From assembly GCA_038893835.1 (NCBI GenBank), contig JAWAQR010000014.1:1-32563 (forward strand): 32,563 nucleotides of DNA, written 5' to 3'. Positions within the stretch are counted from its first letter, which is position 1, and each line of letters starts with the position of its first letter. This DNA comes from Archaeoglobaceae archaeon (lineage in GTDB: Archaea > Halobacteriota > Archaeoglobi > Archaeoglobales > Archaeoglobaceae). Shown in pieces: positions 9,104 to 20,584 of the stretch. A program made the translations under genes and the position numbers. The notes under the pieces were generated by a model. That model was not told the origin of the DNA and ran no database searches. It saw nothing but the letters and a program-made list of their open reading frames with translations.

Positions 9104-9528
9104 CACCTTATCACTTCTAAGATCACAGAAGGACAGACTCTTTTAACACCTTCCATCTTTGATATCTCCTCATGGAAAGATATGAGAGATTCCATAGATT
9201 CACATATGACTTCAGCAATTATTACATGATCTCCCGAAGTGAGATATAGTGAATAAATTTTATCCATCGATTTTAATTTTTCCACTACATGCCAAAGTTT
9301 TTCGGGTTCAACGTCTATTCCTGTGAGGGAAGAAAATAATCCAAGTTTTTTGTAATCAACTACTGCCCTATAGCCAAGAATTATTCTATTTTTCTCCATT
9401 TTTTCTATCCTCTTTCTTATTGCAGCCTCTGTTACATTCAAAATCTTGGCTAATTCTATTTTTTTCATCCTTCCGTTCTTGATCAATTTTAGAGCGATTT
9501 TAAGATCTTCAATATTATTTTTTACCAT
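9103..9528 (-). CDS. Lrp/AsnC family transcription regulator (LrpA/Ptr2-like)
   Basis: HTH LAKILNVTEAAIRKRI, GYRAVVDYKKLG, RAM domain TSGDH..EGVKRVCP. Confidence 0.92.
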   Translation of the reverse strand: MVKNNIEDLKIALKLIKNGRMKKIELAKILNVTEAAIRKRIEKMEKNRIILGYRAVVDYKKLGLFSSLTGIDVEPEKLWHVVEKLKSMDKIYSLYLTSGDHVIIAEVICESMESLISFHEEISKMEGVKRVCPSVILEVIR

Positions 9529-9565
9529 CTTAATAGTTTTTACTTTACTTTTATAAACATTTTGG

Positions 9566-9578
9566 TTCGTTTTTCGAA
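9566..9578. promoter_or_regulatory. Candidate Lrp-family operator TTCG-TTTTT-CGAA between divergent TATA boxes
   Basis: 13-bp inverted repeat with an A/T core, located between the lrp TATA (~9550-9557, minus) and the prx TATA (~9586-9593, plus). Confidence 0.5.
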
Positions 9579-9624
9579 AGAAAAATTTTTAAATCAGGAG
9601 TAAAATATTTGATAAGGTGATGAG

Positions 9625-10269
9625 ATGGTACTGTTGGGTGAAAAGTTTCCAGAAATGGTTGTAAAAACAACACATGGAGAGATGAAACTGCCAGACCAGT
9701 TTGCTGGAAAATGGTTTGTATTATTTGCACATCCAGCAGATTTTACGCCAGTTTGCACGACTGAGTTCGTTGCATTCCAGAAAAGATTTGAGGAATTCAG
9801 GAAACTTAACTGCGAATTGATAGGCTTGAGCATAGATCAGACTTTCAGTCATATAAAGTGGGTGGAATGGATAAAGGAAAAGCTAGGCGTAAGCATCGAA
9901 TTTCCGATAATAGCAGACGATCTTGGCGAGGTTTCAAAGAAGCTTGGACTCATACATCCTGCCAAAGGTACAAATACAGTAAGAGCAGTTTTCGTCGTAG
10001 ATCCAAATGGGGTTGTGAGGCTAATACTTTACTATCCACAGGAGGTTGGAAGGAACATAGATGAAATTCTTCGAGCTTTAAAAGCCCTGCAGCTCAGCGA
10101 TTCAAAGGGAGTTGCAATTCCGGCAAACTGGCCAAACAACGAGTTGATTGGAAACAAAGTTATAATTCCACCAGCAAGAAATGTGAAAGATGCTATAGAT
10201 AGGCTAGAAAAGATAAAGAAGGGAGAATTGGAGGGTTACGATTGGTGGTTTGCCTATAAGAGCATTTAA
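9625..10269 (+). CDS. Archaeal peroxiredoxin (Prx6/TdxH type)
   Basis: [31 protein letters not shown] and DWWF motifs; AGGTGA ribosome-binding site. Confidence 0.95.
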   Translation: MVLLGEKFPEMVVKTTHGEMKLPDQFAGKWFVLFAHPADFTPVCTTEFVAFQKRFEEFRKLNCELIGLSIDQTFSHIKWVEWIKEKLGVSIEFPIIADDLGEVSKKLGLIHPAKGTNTVRAVFVVDPNGVVRLILYYPQEVGRNIDEILRALKALQLSDSKGVAIPANWPNNELIGNKVIIPPARNVKDAIDRLEKIKKGELEGYDWWFAYKSI

Positions 10270-10352
10270 AATTTTTATTATTTTACTTTTTGCAAAATGA
10301 ATGGAGAACATTACACCGAAAATTCTTTAAATTGCGCCTAATTCTCAGATAC

Positions 10353-12863
10353 ATGTCCCAAACGATTAAAAAAAAGTTACCTTATTTGCTAATCTTACTC
10401 ATTTCAGTAATTTTAGCGATAAAACTTAGAATTTTCAATCCATGGGATAGTGTATTCACGTTTACCGTTCGCTTGAGCGAAAACGATCCTTGGTATTATT
10501 ACAGACTTATAGAAAATTGCATTCACAACTTTCCGGAAAGGATATGGTTTGATCCGATGACTCAATACCCGTACGGTACTTATACACACTTTGGACCATT
10601 TCTGGTTTATTTAAGTGCAATAATCGCCATTTTAAGTGGTGCAACTAGTGGAGAAGCTTTAAGGAGTGTTTTAGTCTTTATTCCCGCATTTGGAGGAATT
10701 TTGGCAATATTTGCAACCTTTCTTTTAGCCAGAAATGCATTTGGGGTAAAAACAGCTCTATTATCAGCTTTGTTGATCTCAATAATTCCTGGACAGTTTC
10801 TGCATAGAAGCATTCTAAGCTTTAACGATCATCATGTTTGGGAAGTCTTTTTCATGTGTACTTCTTTGGCCTTTTTCATCTCAATCCTTAAAGGGGAATG
10901 GAATAGAAAAGGGTTATTGTTAGCAGTTCTTGGCGGTTTGAACTTTGGAATGTACATACTCGCCTGGGCTCCAGGTTTTACTTTTGGCCTTTTTTTAGTG
11001 GCAGCCATATTTTTTGCACTGATTTTTAAGTTCAAAATTCCGGAGAACGCGTATAAACTCGCCATATTATACTTTATTACCGCAACTCTAATTTATCTAC
11101 CATTTGCCTTCAAAGCGCCAAGCAGTCCGGCGCTTTATTCGCCAATGCAACTTTTAATGCTTCTTTTTTATACGACTTCAGTTATTTTTCTCTGGCAATT
11201 CGATTTGAGGTTTGAAAAATTTGCTAAATATGTCAGAATTTCGAAAGAGACAACTTTGACATTATTCGCAATTATTGGGCTTTTTTTAGTCTCGACAATT
11301 TTTCCTGAGCTATCTTTAACCATTGGAACAGTTACAGGCTATCTACAACCAAAAGGTGGAGCTTTAACGATTGGAGAAGTCCAGCCTTTCTTCATTTTGG
11401 GTGGCGGATTTTCTCTAGCCCCTGCTTTCTACCACTTCGGTACAACCTTTTTCTTTGCAATTCCTGGAATGATTTATCTAGCGTTCTTGGTCTATAAAAA
11501 GAGAGAATTAAAAGATCTTACAATGTTTCTTTGGGCAATTTTAATTTTTATAGCCCTTTGTGGTCAAAACAGGTTTGCCTATTACTTTGCTGCAGTCTCG
11601 GCAATATTTTCTGCACTGTCTTTAAACTTCGTGTTTGAGAAACTTCACTTCTACAAATTGCTGGTAAAAGAAAGGGGAAATTTAAGCTTATTTAGAGTTA
11701 TTTTCGCAATTTTAATTGCCATATTTTTGATTTATCCGACTTATTCGCTTGCAGAATCTCAAAGTCGTGCTGTTGGTGCTTTAAACAAGCAGTGGTTTGA
11801 TGCAATGGTCTGGCTTAGAGAAAATACGCCTGAGAATGGTTATGAGGAATATTACTTCAAGCTCTATGAACCTGGAAAAGTTGGTGAAAAATACGAATAT
11901 CCCTTTGAAACCTATGGTGTAATAAGCTGGTGGGACTATGGGCATTGGATTCTAGCAATTGGTAAAAGAATGGCCATAGCAAATCCATTCCAGCAGGGAA
12001 TTGGAAACTTTTACGATGAAATTCCAGGTGCGGCCCCTTTCTTTGTTACGAACAATGAGAGCTATGCTGAAAAGATAGCTGAAAAGCTAAACGTTCGCTA
12101 CGTTGTGAGCGACATAGAAATGGCGACAGGGAAATTTTACGCAATGGCAACATGGGCTGAAGGAGATTTGCCCCTCGCTGCTAAGTATTACGATGGAATT
12201 TTATATCTAACACCACAGGGAACCCTTGGAATCGGTGAAATTCCTCCACCAGGATCATTTGGACTTGCGAGAATTCCAAGCAGGCTTTATTATGAAACAA
12301 TGGAGGCCAGATTCCATATCTTTGACGGTTCTGGGCTTAAACATTATAGAATGGTTTACGAGAGCGAGCCAAGCGATGAGTGGAAATTCTATCTTAGCTA
12401 TTTGAACCAGACAAATCCGTTAGAAATCGCAGTTTATGAGACGATTCAGAGGGCAAGATTTATGGCTCCTCCAAGCTTCAGTGCTACAGAGATATTTATA
12501 AAGTTTGTCTATCTTTATTTGTATCAGAAGGAATTCGGAATACCAATAAATCTTACTGCAACTGGATATGTTAAGATCTTCGAACGGGTGAAGGGGGTAA
12601 CTGTGAAGGGAAAGGCGAATTCTGAGTATGTTGAGGTGAGCGCAAAGATAAAGACAAATCAAGGGAGAATTTTTGAGTACTATCAAAAGGTAAAAGTTCA
12701 GAACGGTGAATTTGAAATCGTTTTACCATATTCACACGATGCAAAATATGAAACAAAGCCAGTCACACCTTATGAGTTTAGAAGTGGTGAAATCGTTAAA
12801 ACTCTTCTCATAGAAGAGAGACAGGTTGTCAATGGAGAGGTTATACAGCTGGATCTACTTTAA
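10353..12863 (+). CDS. aglB: Oligosaccharyltransferase AglB (STT3), long form
   Basis: ENDPWYY, FNDHH, TIGE (TIXE), QNRF, WWDYG and DIEMATGK motifs; many transmembrane helices. ATG 10353 preferred because it follows a TATA-like element. Confidence 0.95.
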   Translation: MSQTIKKKLPYLLILLISVILAIKLRIFNPWDSVFTFTVRLSENDPWYYYRLIENCIHNFPERIWFDPMTQYPYGTYTHFGPFLVYLSAIIAILSGATSGEALRSVLVFIPAFGGILAIFATFLLARNAFGVKTALLSALLISIIPGQFLHRSILSFNDHHVWEVFFMCTSLAFFISILKGEWNRKGLLLAVLGGLNFGMYILAWAPGFTFGLFLVAAIFFALIFKFKIPENAYKLAILYFITATLIYLPFAFKAPSSPALYSPMQLLMLLFYTTSVIFLWQFDLRFEKFAKYVRISKETTLTLFAIIGLFLVSTIFPELSLTIGTVTGYLQPKGGALTIGEVQPFFILGGGFSLAPAFYHFGTTFFFAIPGMIYLAFLVYKKRELKDLTMFLWAILIFIALCGQNRFAYYFAAVSAIFSALSLNFVFEKLHFYKLLVKERGNLSLFRVIFAILIAIFLIYPTYSLAESQSRAVGALNKQWFDAMVWLRENTPENGYEEYYFKLYEPGKVGEKYEYPFETYGVISWWDYGHWILAIGKRMAIANPFQQGIGNFYDEIPGAAPFFVTNNESYAEKIAEKLNVRYVVSDIEMATGKFYAMATWAEGDLPLAAKYYDGILYLTPQGTLGIGEIPPPGSFGLARIPSRLYYETMEARFHIFDGSGLKHYRMVYESEPSDEWKFYLSYLNQTNPLEIAVYETIQRARFMAPPSFSATEIFIKFVYLYLYQKEFGIPINLTATGYVKIFERVKGVTVKGKANSEYVEVSAKIKTNQGRIFEYYQKVKVQNGEFEIVLPYSHDAKYETKPVTPYEFRSGEIVKTLLIEERQVVNGEVIQLDLL

Positions 12864-12883
12864 ATTTTTTATCTAGATACTTC

Positions 12884-13909
12884 ATGCTCTACATACTCAT
12901 CCTTACTCCAAAATGCAACTCAAACTGCAGATACTGTGGCGGCTTTGACGAGGCTTTAATGCCGGAGAAGATTCATTATGAGATCGAGGATCTAAAAAAA
13001 TTTCTAAGCAAGGATCCAAATCCGTCGATTGCATTTTATGGCGGCGAACCTTTGCTGGAGCTTGAAGAGATGGAGAAAATTATGAAAGAGATTGAAGCAG
13101 AGCATTATATTCTGCAAACAAACGGCCTTCTCCTTCATAAACTTCATGATGAGCTGTTGAATAGATTTTCAACAATACTCGTTTCCTTTGATGGGAGAAG
13201 GGAAGTACATGAGTTTTACAGGGGAAATTACGACGTAGTTCTAAGAAATGTTAGAGGTTTGAAAGGTTATAGCGGAGAACTGATAGCTAGGATGACTGCA
13301 AGCCAAGAAACTGATATTTACGAGGATGTTATGAGCGTACTATCTTTAAAAACGTTCACACACATCCATTGGCAGATCGATGCCGTTTGGAGCAAGGAAG
13401 GAGTTTGGAGAGACTTTGAGAAATGGGTTGAGAAGTACAATAAAGGGATCAGAAGACTCGTGAAGTTCTGGATCTCGGAAATGCTGAGAGGAAAGATTCA
13501 TGGAATAATTCCTTTTCTCGGCGTTTCTACTGCAATATTTGAGGGTTTCAGTTATCCTCCATGTTCTTCGGGCTTTAAGTCTTTTGCAATAACAACAGAT
13601 GGCAGAATCCTTGCATGCCCAATCTGTCCGGAATTTGAATGGAACTATCTCGGGAACATTTGGGAGGGGATAAGATTTGAGCCAAAAATAATGGAGCCCT
13701 GTCCGAGCTGCAGTTACTTCAAATTCTGTGGTGGTAGATGTTTGTTCTTTAACAGGGAAAGGCTTTGGGGTGAGAAAGGTTTCAAATTGGTTTGTAGCAC
13801 TGTTAAGAATCTCGTGGATTCTTTGCTCAGCTATCGAGAAATTCTTGAGAAATTCAGGGATAAAATAAGGTATCCAAAGTTTTTGAACACAACCGAGATC
13901 ATTCCTTAG
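12884..13909 (+). CDS. Radical SAM/SPASM protein, TIGR04084 (AF0577-like) putative peptide-modifying family
   Basis: CNSNCRYC, FYGGEPLL, LQTNG, SFDG; SPASM cysteines C..G, CPIC and CPSC....CGGRC; C-terminal EIIP. Confidence 0.8.
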   Translation: MLYILILTPKCNSNCRYCGGFDEALMPEKIHYEIEDLKKFLSKDPNPSIAFYGGEPLLELEEMEKIMKEIEAEHYILQTNGLLLHKLHDELLNRFSTILVSFDGRREVHEFYRGNYDVVLRNVRGLKGYSGELIARMTASQETDIYEDVMSVLSLKTFTHIHWQIDAVWSKEGVWRDFEKWVEKYNKGIRRLVKFWISEMLRGKIHGIIPFLGVSTAIFEGFSYPPCSSGFKSFAITTDGRILACPICPEFEWNYLGNIWEGIRFEPKIMEPCPSCSYFKFCGGRCLFFNRERLWGEKGFKLVCSTVKNLVDSLLSYREILEKFRDKIRYPKFLNTTEIIP

Positions 13910-14213
13910 TCTTTCTTTTCAATAAAGACGGCAGATGTATGATGTATCTTCCATCTTCTTCTAGCGCAATTATGATTTCTTCCCTTTCCAAGAGTTTTTC
14001 TAAGTTTATCTCATACATGCCTGGGGCCAGAATTTTTATGCTCTCTATTCCAAATCTCGTCAATTCCTTCTTTACTTCCTCAATTTCAGTTCTCTCAACC
14101 TTCTCCTCTTTTGGGACATAGAGAAACCTGTTGTTTCCACATTCACAACCTTGCAGTAGTCTCAGATCTCCATCCATGTATAGTTTTCCGCAGGCCGTAC
14201 AGCGATGGGGCAT
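13899..14213 (-). CDS. oapC: OapC/ArvC zinc-ribbon protein (DUF2072)
   Basis: MPHRCTACG...GCECGNNRF zinc ribbon, IESIKILAPGMYEINL; last gene of the GTPase operon. Confidence 0.88.
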   Translation of the reverse strand: MPHRCTACGKLYMDGDLRLLQGCECGNNRFLYVPKEEKVERTEIEEVKKELTRFGIESIKILAPGMYEINLEKLLEREEIIIALEEDGRYIIHLPSLLKRKTKE

Positions 14214-14214
14214 A

Positions 14215-14556
14215 TCAGGTAATTAGAGCTTTTATCAAATCTTCTCTTTTCTCAATCGTTTTCAACCTGTTCGCAGGTCCTATGATTGTCAGCCTTCCCT
14301 GCTTTTTTCCGAGCAATCTGGAAAAAATCGACTTCTCCTTATGCGGATAGCTCTCAAGTTCTATTCCCACGAAATTCTCGTGATCTATCTCGAGCATCGT
14401 AACTTCTATTAACTTCGCCTCCTCTTCAGGAGTTAAACCAGTTTCAAGTACGACTATTTTTCCCTCTTTTACACTATCGAGAATCATCCTGATCTTTTCC
14501 ATTGAACCCATCTTGCTTAACTTCTCCTTTGATATCAAATTTACCTGCACACCCAT
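14215..14556 (-). CDS. oapB: OapB/ArvB protein (DUF2073)
   Basis: MEKIRMILD, IVVLETGLTPEEEAKLIE and LTIIGPAN motifs; ATG 14556 follows a GGGTGA ribosome-binding site. Confidence 0.88.
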   Translation of the reverse strand: MGVQVNLISKEKLSKMGSMEKIRMILDSVKEGKIVVLETGLTPEEEAKLIEVTMLEIDHENFVGIELESYPHKEKSIFSRLLGKKQGRLTIIGPANRLKTIEKREDLIKALIT

Positions 14557-14560
14557 AAGA

Positions 14561-15196
14561 TCACCCAAACTTTTCAGCCATCGCTTTGTAGAGAGCATCG
14601 ATATTTATCCCTTTAAGCGCAGAAACGGGGACAACCTGATGCTGTGGAAAAGCTGACTTTATCCTCGCAGGTGAGGCTGTTGGGAGATCTATCTTGTTTG
14701 CAACTATTATGAGTGGGAGCTTCCTAGCCTCTATATTTCCAACTATGGTCACATTCACCTGCGTGAATGGATCCTCTGTCGCGTCCATGACTAGGAGAAT
14801 CCCATCTAGGTCATCGAGCCATTTTATCGCCTCTATAACTCCCTCAGTTGCCTCTTTTGCCCTTCTTTTTGCCTCTTCTTCACTCAAACCATACTTTAGA
14901 AAGTCGTGGAAGTCGACTTTTGCGGCTATTCCAGGTGTGTCGACAACGTCGATTGTTATGGTTTTACCATTCACTTGAATCTTTACACCTTCTCTGAGCT
15001 TAACCCTTCTAGTTTCATGCGGTATCTCGCTTGGAGTCCCTATTATCTCTCCAACCCAATCTCGGAGAATTCTGTTTGCCAAAGTTGTCTTTCCAGCATT
15101 TGGTGGGCCATAAATTCCAATTTTTAGTTTATCTTTTCTGAAGAACAGTTTATAGAGAAATCTGAGCCTTTTTTTGAGAGTTTTAAGAAATCCCAT
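14561..15196 (-). CDS. oapA: Era-like small GTPase OapA/ArvA
   Basis: [20 protein letters not shown] and SAL motifs, plus family motifs EATEGV and EDPFTQVN. Confidence 0.9.
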   Translation of the reverse strand: MGFLKTLKKRLRFLYKLFFRKDKLKIGIYGPPNAGKTTLANRILRDWVGEIIGTPSEIPHETRRVKLREGVKIQVNGKTITIDVVDTPGIAAKVDFHDFLKYGLSEEEAKRRAKEATEGVIEAIKWLDDLDGILLVMDATEDPFTQVNVTIVGNIEARKLPLIIVANKIDLPTASPARIKSAFPQHQVVPVSALKGINIDALYKAMAEKFG

Positions 15197-15302
15197 GTAG
15201 ACACCTCAGAATCTTTTGGTATTTTATGCTATTAAAAATTTATCCCAAAATTTGGATTCCAATGCGATTAAGATATATAGCAGTTTTGTAACTTTTCCCT
15301 CG

Positions 15303-16640
15303 ATGATAAGAGAATTGGGAAGATTTGAAAGGATTAGTGCTCATTCCCACATCCGTGGCCTAGGGCTTGACGAAAATTTAAGAGCAAAAGAAGTTGCCGA
15401 TGGACTAGTTGGGCAAAAGAAAGCTAGAGAAGCAGCGGGTGTTATAGTGAGACTTATAAAAGAGGGGAAGATGGCTGGTAGAGGAATTCTTCTCGCAGGA
15501 CCGCCGGGGACTGGAAAGACTGCGATAGCGGTTGCGATAAGCAAGGAACTTGGCAGAGATATACCATTTGTTCATGTGTCTGCAAGTGAATTCTACAGCG
15601 CTGAAATGAAGAAAACAGAAGCCTTGATTCAAGCAATGAGAAAGGCAATTGGAGTAAGGATAAAGGAACAGAGAATAGTTCTGGAAGGTGAAGTTGTTGG
15701 ATTCGATTATAACATGGTTCCAAATCCGTATAATCCAACCCAAAAGATTCCTGAATCTGCAACTTTAACTCTGGCTACCAAGGATGAGAAAAGGACTTTT
15801 AGCGTTGGCACAAGAGTTGCGTTGAACTTTCTATATCAGGGTATAGAAGTAGGGGATGTAATATTGATAGACAAGGAAACTGGAAGAGTTAGTAAGCTTG
15901 GAAAGAGTGAGAGAGCGAAGAAAAAGTACGACATAGGCGAGGATGAAGTGGTTCCAGTGCCTTCAGGAAGGGTTGAAAAAGAGAGGGAATTTACATACGT
16001 TTTAACCTTGCATGACCTAGATGAGGCAAATGCGAGGAGAACGAGCATCTTTAGCCTATTTGGCGGATCAGGAAGGGAGATTGATAATGAAGTTAGGCAG
16101 GCTGTGGATGAGCAGGTTAGAAAGCTAATTGAAGAAGGGAGAGCAGAATTGCTTCCTGGCGTTCTCTTCATTGATGAGACGCACATGATGGACATAGAGC
16201 TCTTTGCATTCATGAACAGGGCAATGGAGTCAGAAATGGCTCCTATAATAATCTTGGCCTCAAACAGAGGATTCTCGAAAATAAGGGGCACAGATATTGT
16301 TGCTCCACACGGAATTCCACTCGATTTACTCGACAGACTGCTAATAATAACGACTGAGCCATATACGAGAGAAGAGATCAAGACAATACTCGAAATCAGG
16401 GCTGCAGAGATGGGAGTTATTGTTGCAAAGGAAGCGATTGAAAAGTTGACGGAAATAGGGGAGAAGATGAGTCTAAGATATGCGGTTCAATTACTTGCTC
16501 CAGCAAATGAGTTTGCAAAGTTGAGAAAAGCAGGGAAGATAGAGCTTCAGGATGTTGAAAGAGCGGCGAGCATATTCAGCGATGTGAGTCAGAGTACCGC
16601 TTATCTCAAGAAATGGGAAGAAAAAATGCTTGGAATGTGA
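15303..16640 (+). CDS. TIP49/RuvB-like AAA+ ATPase
   Basis: AHSHIRGLGL, GPPGTGKT, LFIDETHM, SNRG, HGIPLDLLDRL and SLRYAVQL motifs. Confidence 0.95.
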   Translation: MIRELGRFERISAHSHIRGLGLDENLRAKEVADGLVGQKKAREAAGVIVRLIKEGKMAGRGILLAGPPGTGKTAIAVAISKELGRDIPFVHVSASEFYSAEMKKTEALIQAMRKAIGVRIKEQRIVLEGEVVGFDYNMVPNPYNPTQKIPESATLTLATKDEKRTFSVGTRVALNFLYQGIEVGDVILIDKETGRVSKLGKSERAKKKYDIGEDEVVPVPSGRVEKEREFTYVLTLHDLDEANARRTSIFSLFGGSGREIDNEVRQAVDEQVRKLIEEGRAELLPGVLFIDETHMMDIELFAFMNRAMESEMAPIIILASNRGFSKIRGTDIVAPHGIPLDLLDRLLIITTEPYTREEIKTILEIRAAEMGVIVAKEAIEKLTEIGEKMSLRYAVQLLAPANEFAKLRKAGKIELQDVERAASIFSDVSQSTAYLKKWEEKMLGM

Positions 16641-16674
16641 ATTTTTTGAGCATGGAAAAAAGCAAAAAAGATAA

Positions 16675-17813
<1,139 letters not shown>

Positions 17814-17889
17814 GAAAATCGTTGAGCATAAGTCAATAATTAGATTTTGCTTCGAAAGATATTTATTTCCAACTGATAAAATAAAATGA

Positions 17890-18588
17890 ATGCGACAGCG
17901 ATTTGTGCTTGATACGACTGCAATAACAGATTCCGCACTTAGGGAGAAGGAGAAATATGGTTCTATTTGCGAATCTGCTAATGAAATATTAGACCTTATC
18001 GCACTCGCAAGACTCAAGCTTGAGATAAGCTGCTACATCCCTTATCCATCAGTTTACTCAGAACTCATGAGTTTTTTGAGAAGAAACGAGTGCAGCGAAA
18101 GTACATTTGTTAAACTCGACACTTGGCTTGTAAAAAAGACGCCGAACAGATATGAGGTAAAGATCCCCGCAGCGATTTTTTACGAATACATAATTTCAGT
18201 TCGACAAAAGATGAATAGAGGGAGAAGATTGGCTGAGGATTTCATTCTAGAAGCTTCTGCAATTGGAAAATCTTCGGAAAAACTAGAGGAAGATACAGCA
18301 AATCTGATATCGAAGTTCAGGGATAAGTTCAGAACCGTAATGCGACAGGGTTTACTCGACAGTGCTCCAGATCTTGATGTCCTTTTACTTGCGAAAGAGC
18401 TCGAAGCGGGGGTTGTTAGCAGCGATGTTGGAATAAAGAAGTGGAGTGAAAAGCTTGGCCTTCGTTTTGTTGAAGCTTCAAAGTTTCCGAGAATGCTAAA
18501 GGAGTATTTAACCCTTTTAGGCGTTAAGGAGAAAGTTGACACCACAATCACTCAGGAAAGCTGGCCAGATAAAAAAGAAAAAGAATAA
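17890..18588 (+). CDS. RNA-free RNase P (HARP, UPF0278 PIN domain)
   Basis: [36 protein letters not shown] and SSDVGI..W motifs. Confidence 0.92.
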   Translation: MRQRFVLDTTAITDSALREKEKYGSICESANEILDLIALARLKLEISCYIPYPSVYSELMSFLRRNECSESTFVKLDTWLVKKTPNRYEVKIPAAIFYEYIISVRQKMNRGRRLAEDFILEASAIGKSSEKLEEDTANLISKFRDKFRTVMRQGLLDSAPDLDVLLLAKELEAGVVSSDVGIKKWSEKLGLRFVEASKFPRMLKEYLTLLGVKEKVDTTITQESWPDKKEKE

Positions 18589-18620
18589 AAACTATTGAGA
18601 GATTTTTCTTGGGTGATAAG

Positions 18621-19565
18621 ATGTTGAGCGTAAACGAGCTTGCACTGGAGATAGTTGAGACGATGTTGGATTATGAAGAGGAGTTAAGAATTCAGTCTAA
18701 GAAGCTCGAAAACGATGCAACGGTTATAGACTGTGGAGTGAATGTGCCTGGGAGTTATGAGGCTGGAATAATGTACACACAAGTTTGCATGGGCGGACTT
18801 GCGGATGTTAACATCGTCGTTGATACGATAAGGGATATCCCATTTGCCTTCATTACGGAATACACAGATCATCCAGCAATTGCATGCCTTGGAAGTCAGA
18901 AAGCTGGATGGGCGATAAAGGTTGAGAAATACTTTGCAATGGGCAGCGGACCAGCTAGAGCTCTGGCTTTGAAGCCGAAGAAAACTTATGAAAAGATTGG
19001 GTATGAGGATGATGCAGATGTTGCAGTAATAGCTTTGGAAGCGAACAAACTTCCTGATGAGAAGGTTATAGAATACATTGCAAAGGAATGCGAGGTTGAG
19101 GCTGAGGATGTTTATGCATTAGTAGCTCCAACAGCTTCTATTGTTGGTAGTGTGCAAATTTCCGGTAGAATTGTTGAAACGGCGATATATAAGATGACGG
19201 AAATTGGCTACGATCCAAAGCTGATCGTTAGTGGTGCTGGAAGATGTCCGATAGCACCAGTTCTTGAAAACGATCTCAAAGCCATGGGTGCGACAAACGA
19301 TAGCATGATGTACTATGGAAGCGTTTTCCTAACGGTTAAGAAGTACGATGAAATCCTGAAGAACGTTCCGAGCTGTACAAGCAAGGATTATGGTAAACCT
19401 TTCTATGAAATATTCAAGGCTGCAAACTACGACTTCTACAAGATCGATCCAAACCTCTTCGCTCCAGCACAAATAGCTGTGAACGATCTTTCGACAGGAA
19501 AAACATATGTCCATGGAAAGTTGAACGCCGACGTCCTGTTCCAGTCATATCAGCTTGTTCTTTAA
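18621..19565 (+). CDS. mch: Methenyltetrahydromethanopterin cyclohydrolase
   Basis: [30 protein letters not shown] and [13 protein letters not shown] motifs; GGTGA ribosome-binding site. Confidence 0.97.
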   Translation: MLSVNELALEIVETMLDYEEELRIQSKKLENDATVIDCGVNVPGSYEAGIMYTQVCMGGLADVNIVVDTIRDIPFAFITEYTDHPAIACLGSQKAGWAIKVEKYFAMGSGPARALALKPKKTYEKIGYEDDADVAVIALEANKLPDEKVIEYIAKECEVEAEDVYALVAPTASIVGSVQISGRIVETAIYKMTEIGYDPKLIVSGAGRCPIAPVLENDLKAMGATNDSMMYYGSVFLTVKKYDEILKNVPSCTSKDYGKPFYEIFKAANYDFYKIDPNLFAPAQIAVNDLSTGKTYVHGKLNADVLFQSYQLVL

Positions 19566-19907
19566 TTATTTTTCCCTTATCTCAGCCCATTTGTCGAAGT
19601 TCTCTGCAACTCTCACTCTAACGACGTTCAATCCTCTTTTTTTCAACTCTTGGAAAACGTAGAGTGCTATGTTTTCTGAAGTCGGATTCTCTATTATTTC
19701 ATTGAGCATGGTGTGGTCAAATTTTTGTAGAATCTCTTTCAGAATCTTTTTTAAATCGAAGAAGTCCATGACCATCCCATTCCTCAATTCCCCCTCAACT
19801 TCAACGCTTACTTCGAAGTTGTGTCCATGAACTTTTCCGCACTTCCAGTGACCTGGAATTAAGTGGGCTGCACTAAAGCTCTCTTTAACCCCTACGACGA
19901 ACTTCAT
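19566..19907 (-). CDS. queD: 6-carboxy-5,6,7,8-tetrahydropterin synthase
   Basis: FSAAH, CGKVHGHNF (CxxxHGH), DF..LK, DH..LN and PTSENIA motifs; adjacent to queE. Confidence 0.92.
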   Translation of the reverse strand: MKFVVGVKESFSAAHLIPGHWKCGKVHGHNFEVSVEVEGELRNGMVMDFFDLKKILKEILQKFDHTMLNEIIENPTSENIALYVFQELKKRGLNVVRVRVAENFDKWAEIREK

Positions 19908-20584
19908 TATTTCACCCCCATATATTTGTGAACTTGTGGGATTATCCTTACATCCGCAAAGTCTAGCATTTTCTTCTGCAGTTTAAAAATATTCTCCAGC
20001 TTACTGCCAAAGACTGGTTGAAGGACGAAACAAAGAACGAATTTTCTGATTTCCAAGGCGGAATTAAGAACTTCTTCTTCATCGAATTCTGCTGGAAGGA
20101 CAATTTTGCAAAATGTTAGTCTTTTCTTCGTATTTCTTAGAATTTTGAAGCACTTGAAAGTTCTTTCCAGCACATCTTCATAATCCTTTATTCCTGCTTC
20201 TCTAACCTTTAAATCACCAGCTACGAAGTCTACAAATCTCAACTTTTTTGCCTCCTCAGGCAGAGTCATGTTGGTTTCAAGGTAAAAAGGTCTTGTCTTT
20301 TTTAGTGACTTTATAAAATCGGCCTGTAGCATCGGTTCACCGCCTGTGAAGCTGACGGAGTGAACCTTGCTGGAATCTATTATTTCTTGCACATACTTAT
20401 CATCTACAGGATTTCTCAAAATTCTATTCCTCACTCCATCTTTGCAAAAATCCGATTCCTTAATGGTGTCACAGTAATAGCAGTTTAAGTTGCATCCACA
20501 AAAGCGGATGAACAGCTGAAGGACTCCAACTAAAATTCCTTCTCCCTGTACAGATTCAAAGATCTCACTTATCATTGCCTTCAT
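19907..20584 (-). CDS. queE: 7-carboxy-7-deazaguanine synthase (radical SAM)
   Basis: EIFESVQGEG, CNLNCYYCDT, TGGEP, LETN, LQPV and PQVHK motifs. Confidence 0.92.
   Translation of the reverse strand: MKAMISEIFESVQGEGILVGVLQLFIRFCGCNLNCYYCDTIKESDFCKDGVRNRILRNPVDDKYVQEIIDSSKVHSVSFTGGEPMLQADFIKSLKKTRPFYLETNMTLPEEAKKLRFVDFVAGDLKVREAGIKDYEDVLERTFKCFKILRNTKKRLTFCKIVLPAEFDEEEVLNSALEIRKFVLCFVLQPVFGSKLENIFKLQKKMLDFADVRIIPQVHKYMGVK

Noticed and set aside
15197-15302. Possible replication origin next to oapABC
   Set aside because: Spacer is short, with no ORB-like repeats and no cdc6 in the window.
17814-18017. N-terminal extension of the NOG1 ORF
   Set aside because: Overlaps HARP antisense; homology begins at VESLKKLPTV.
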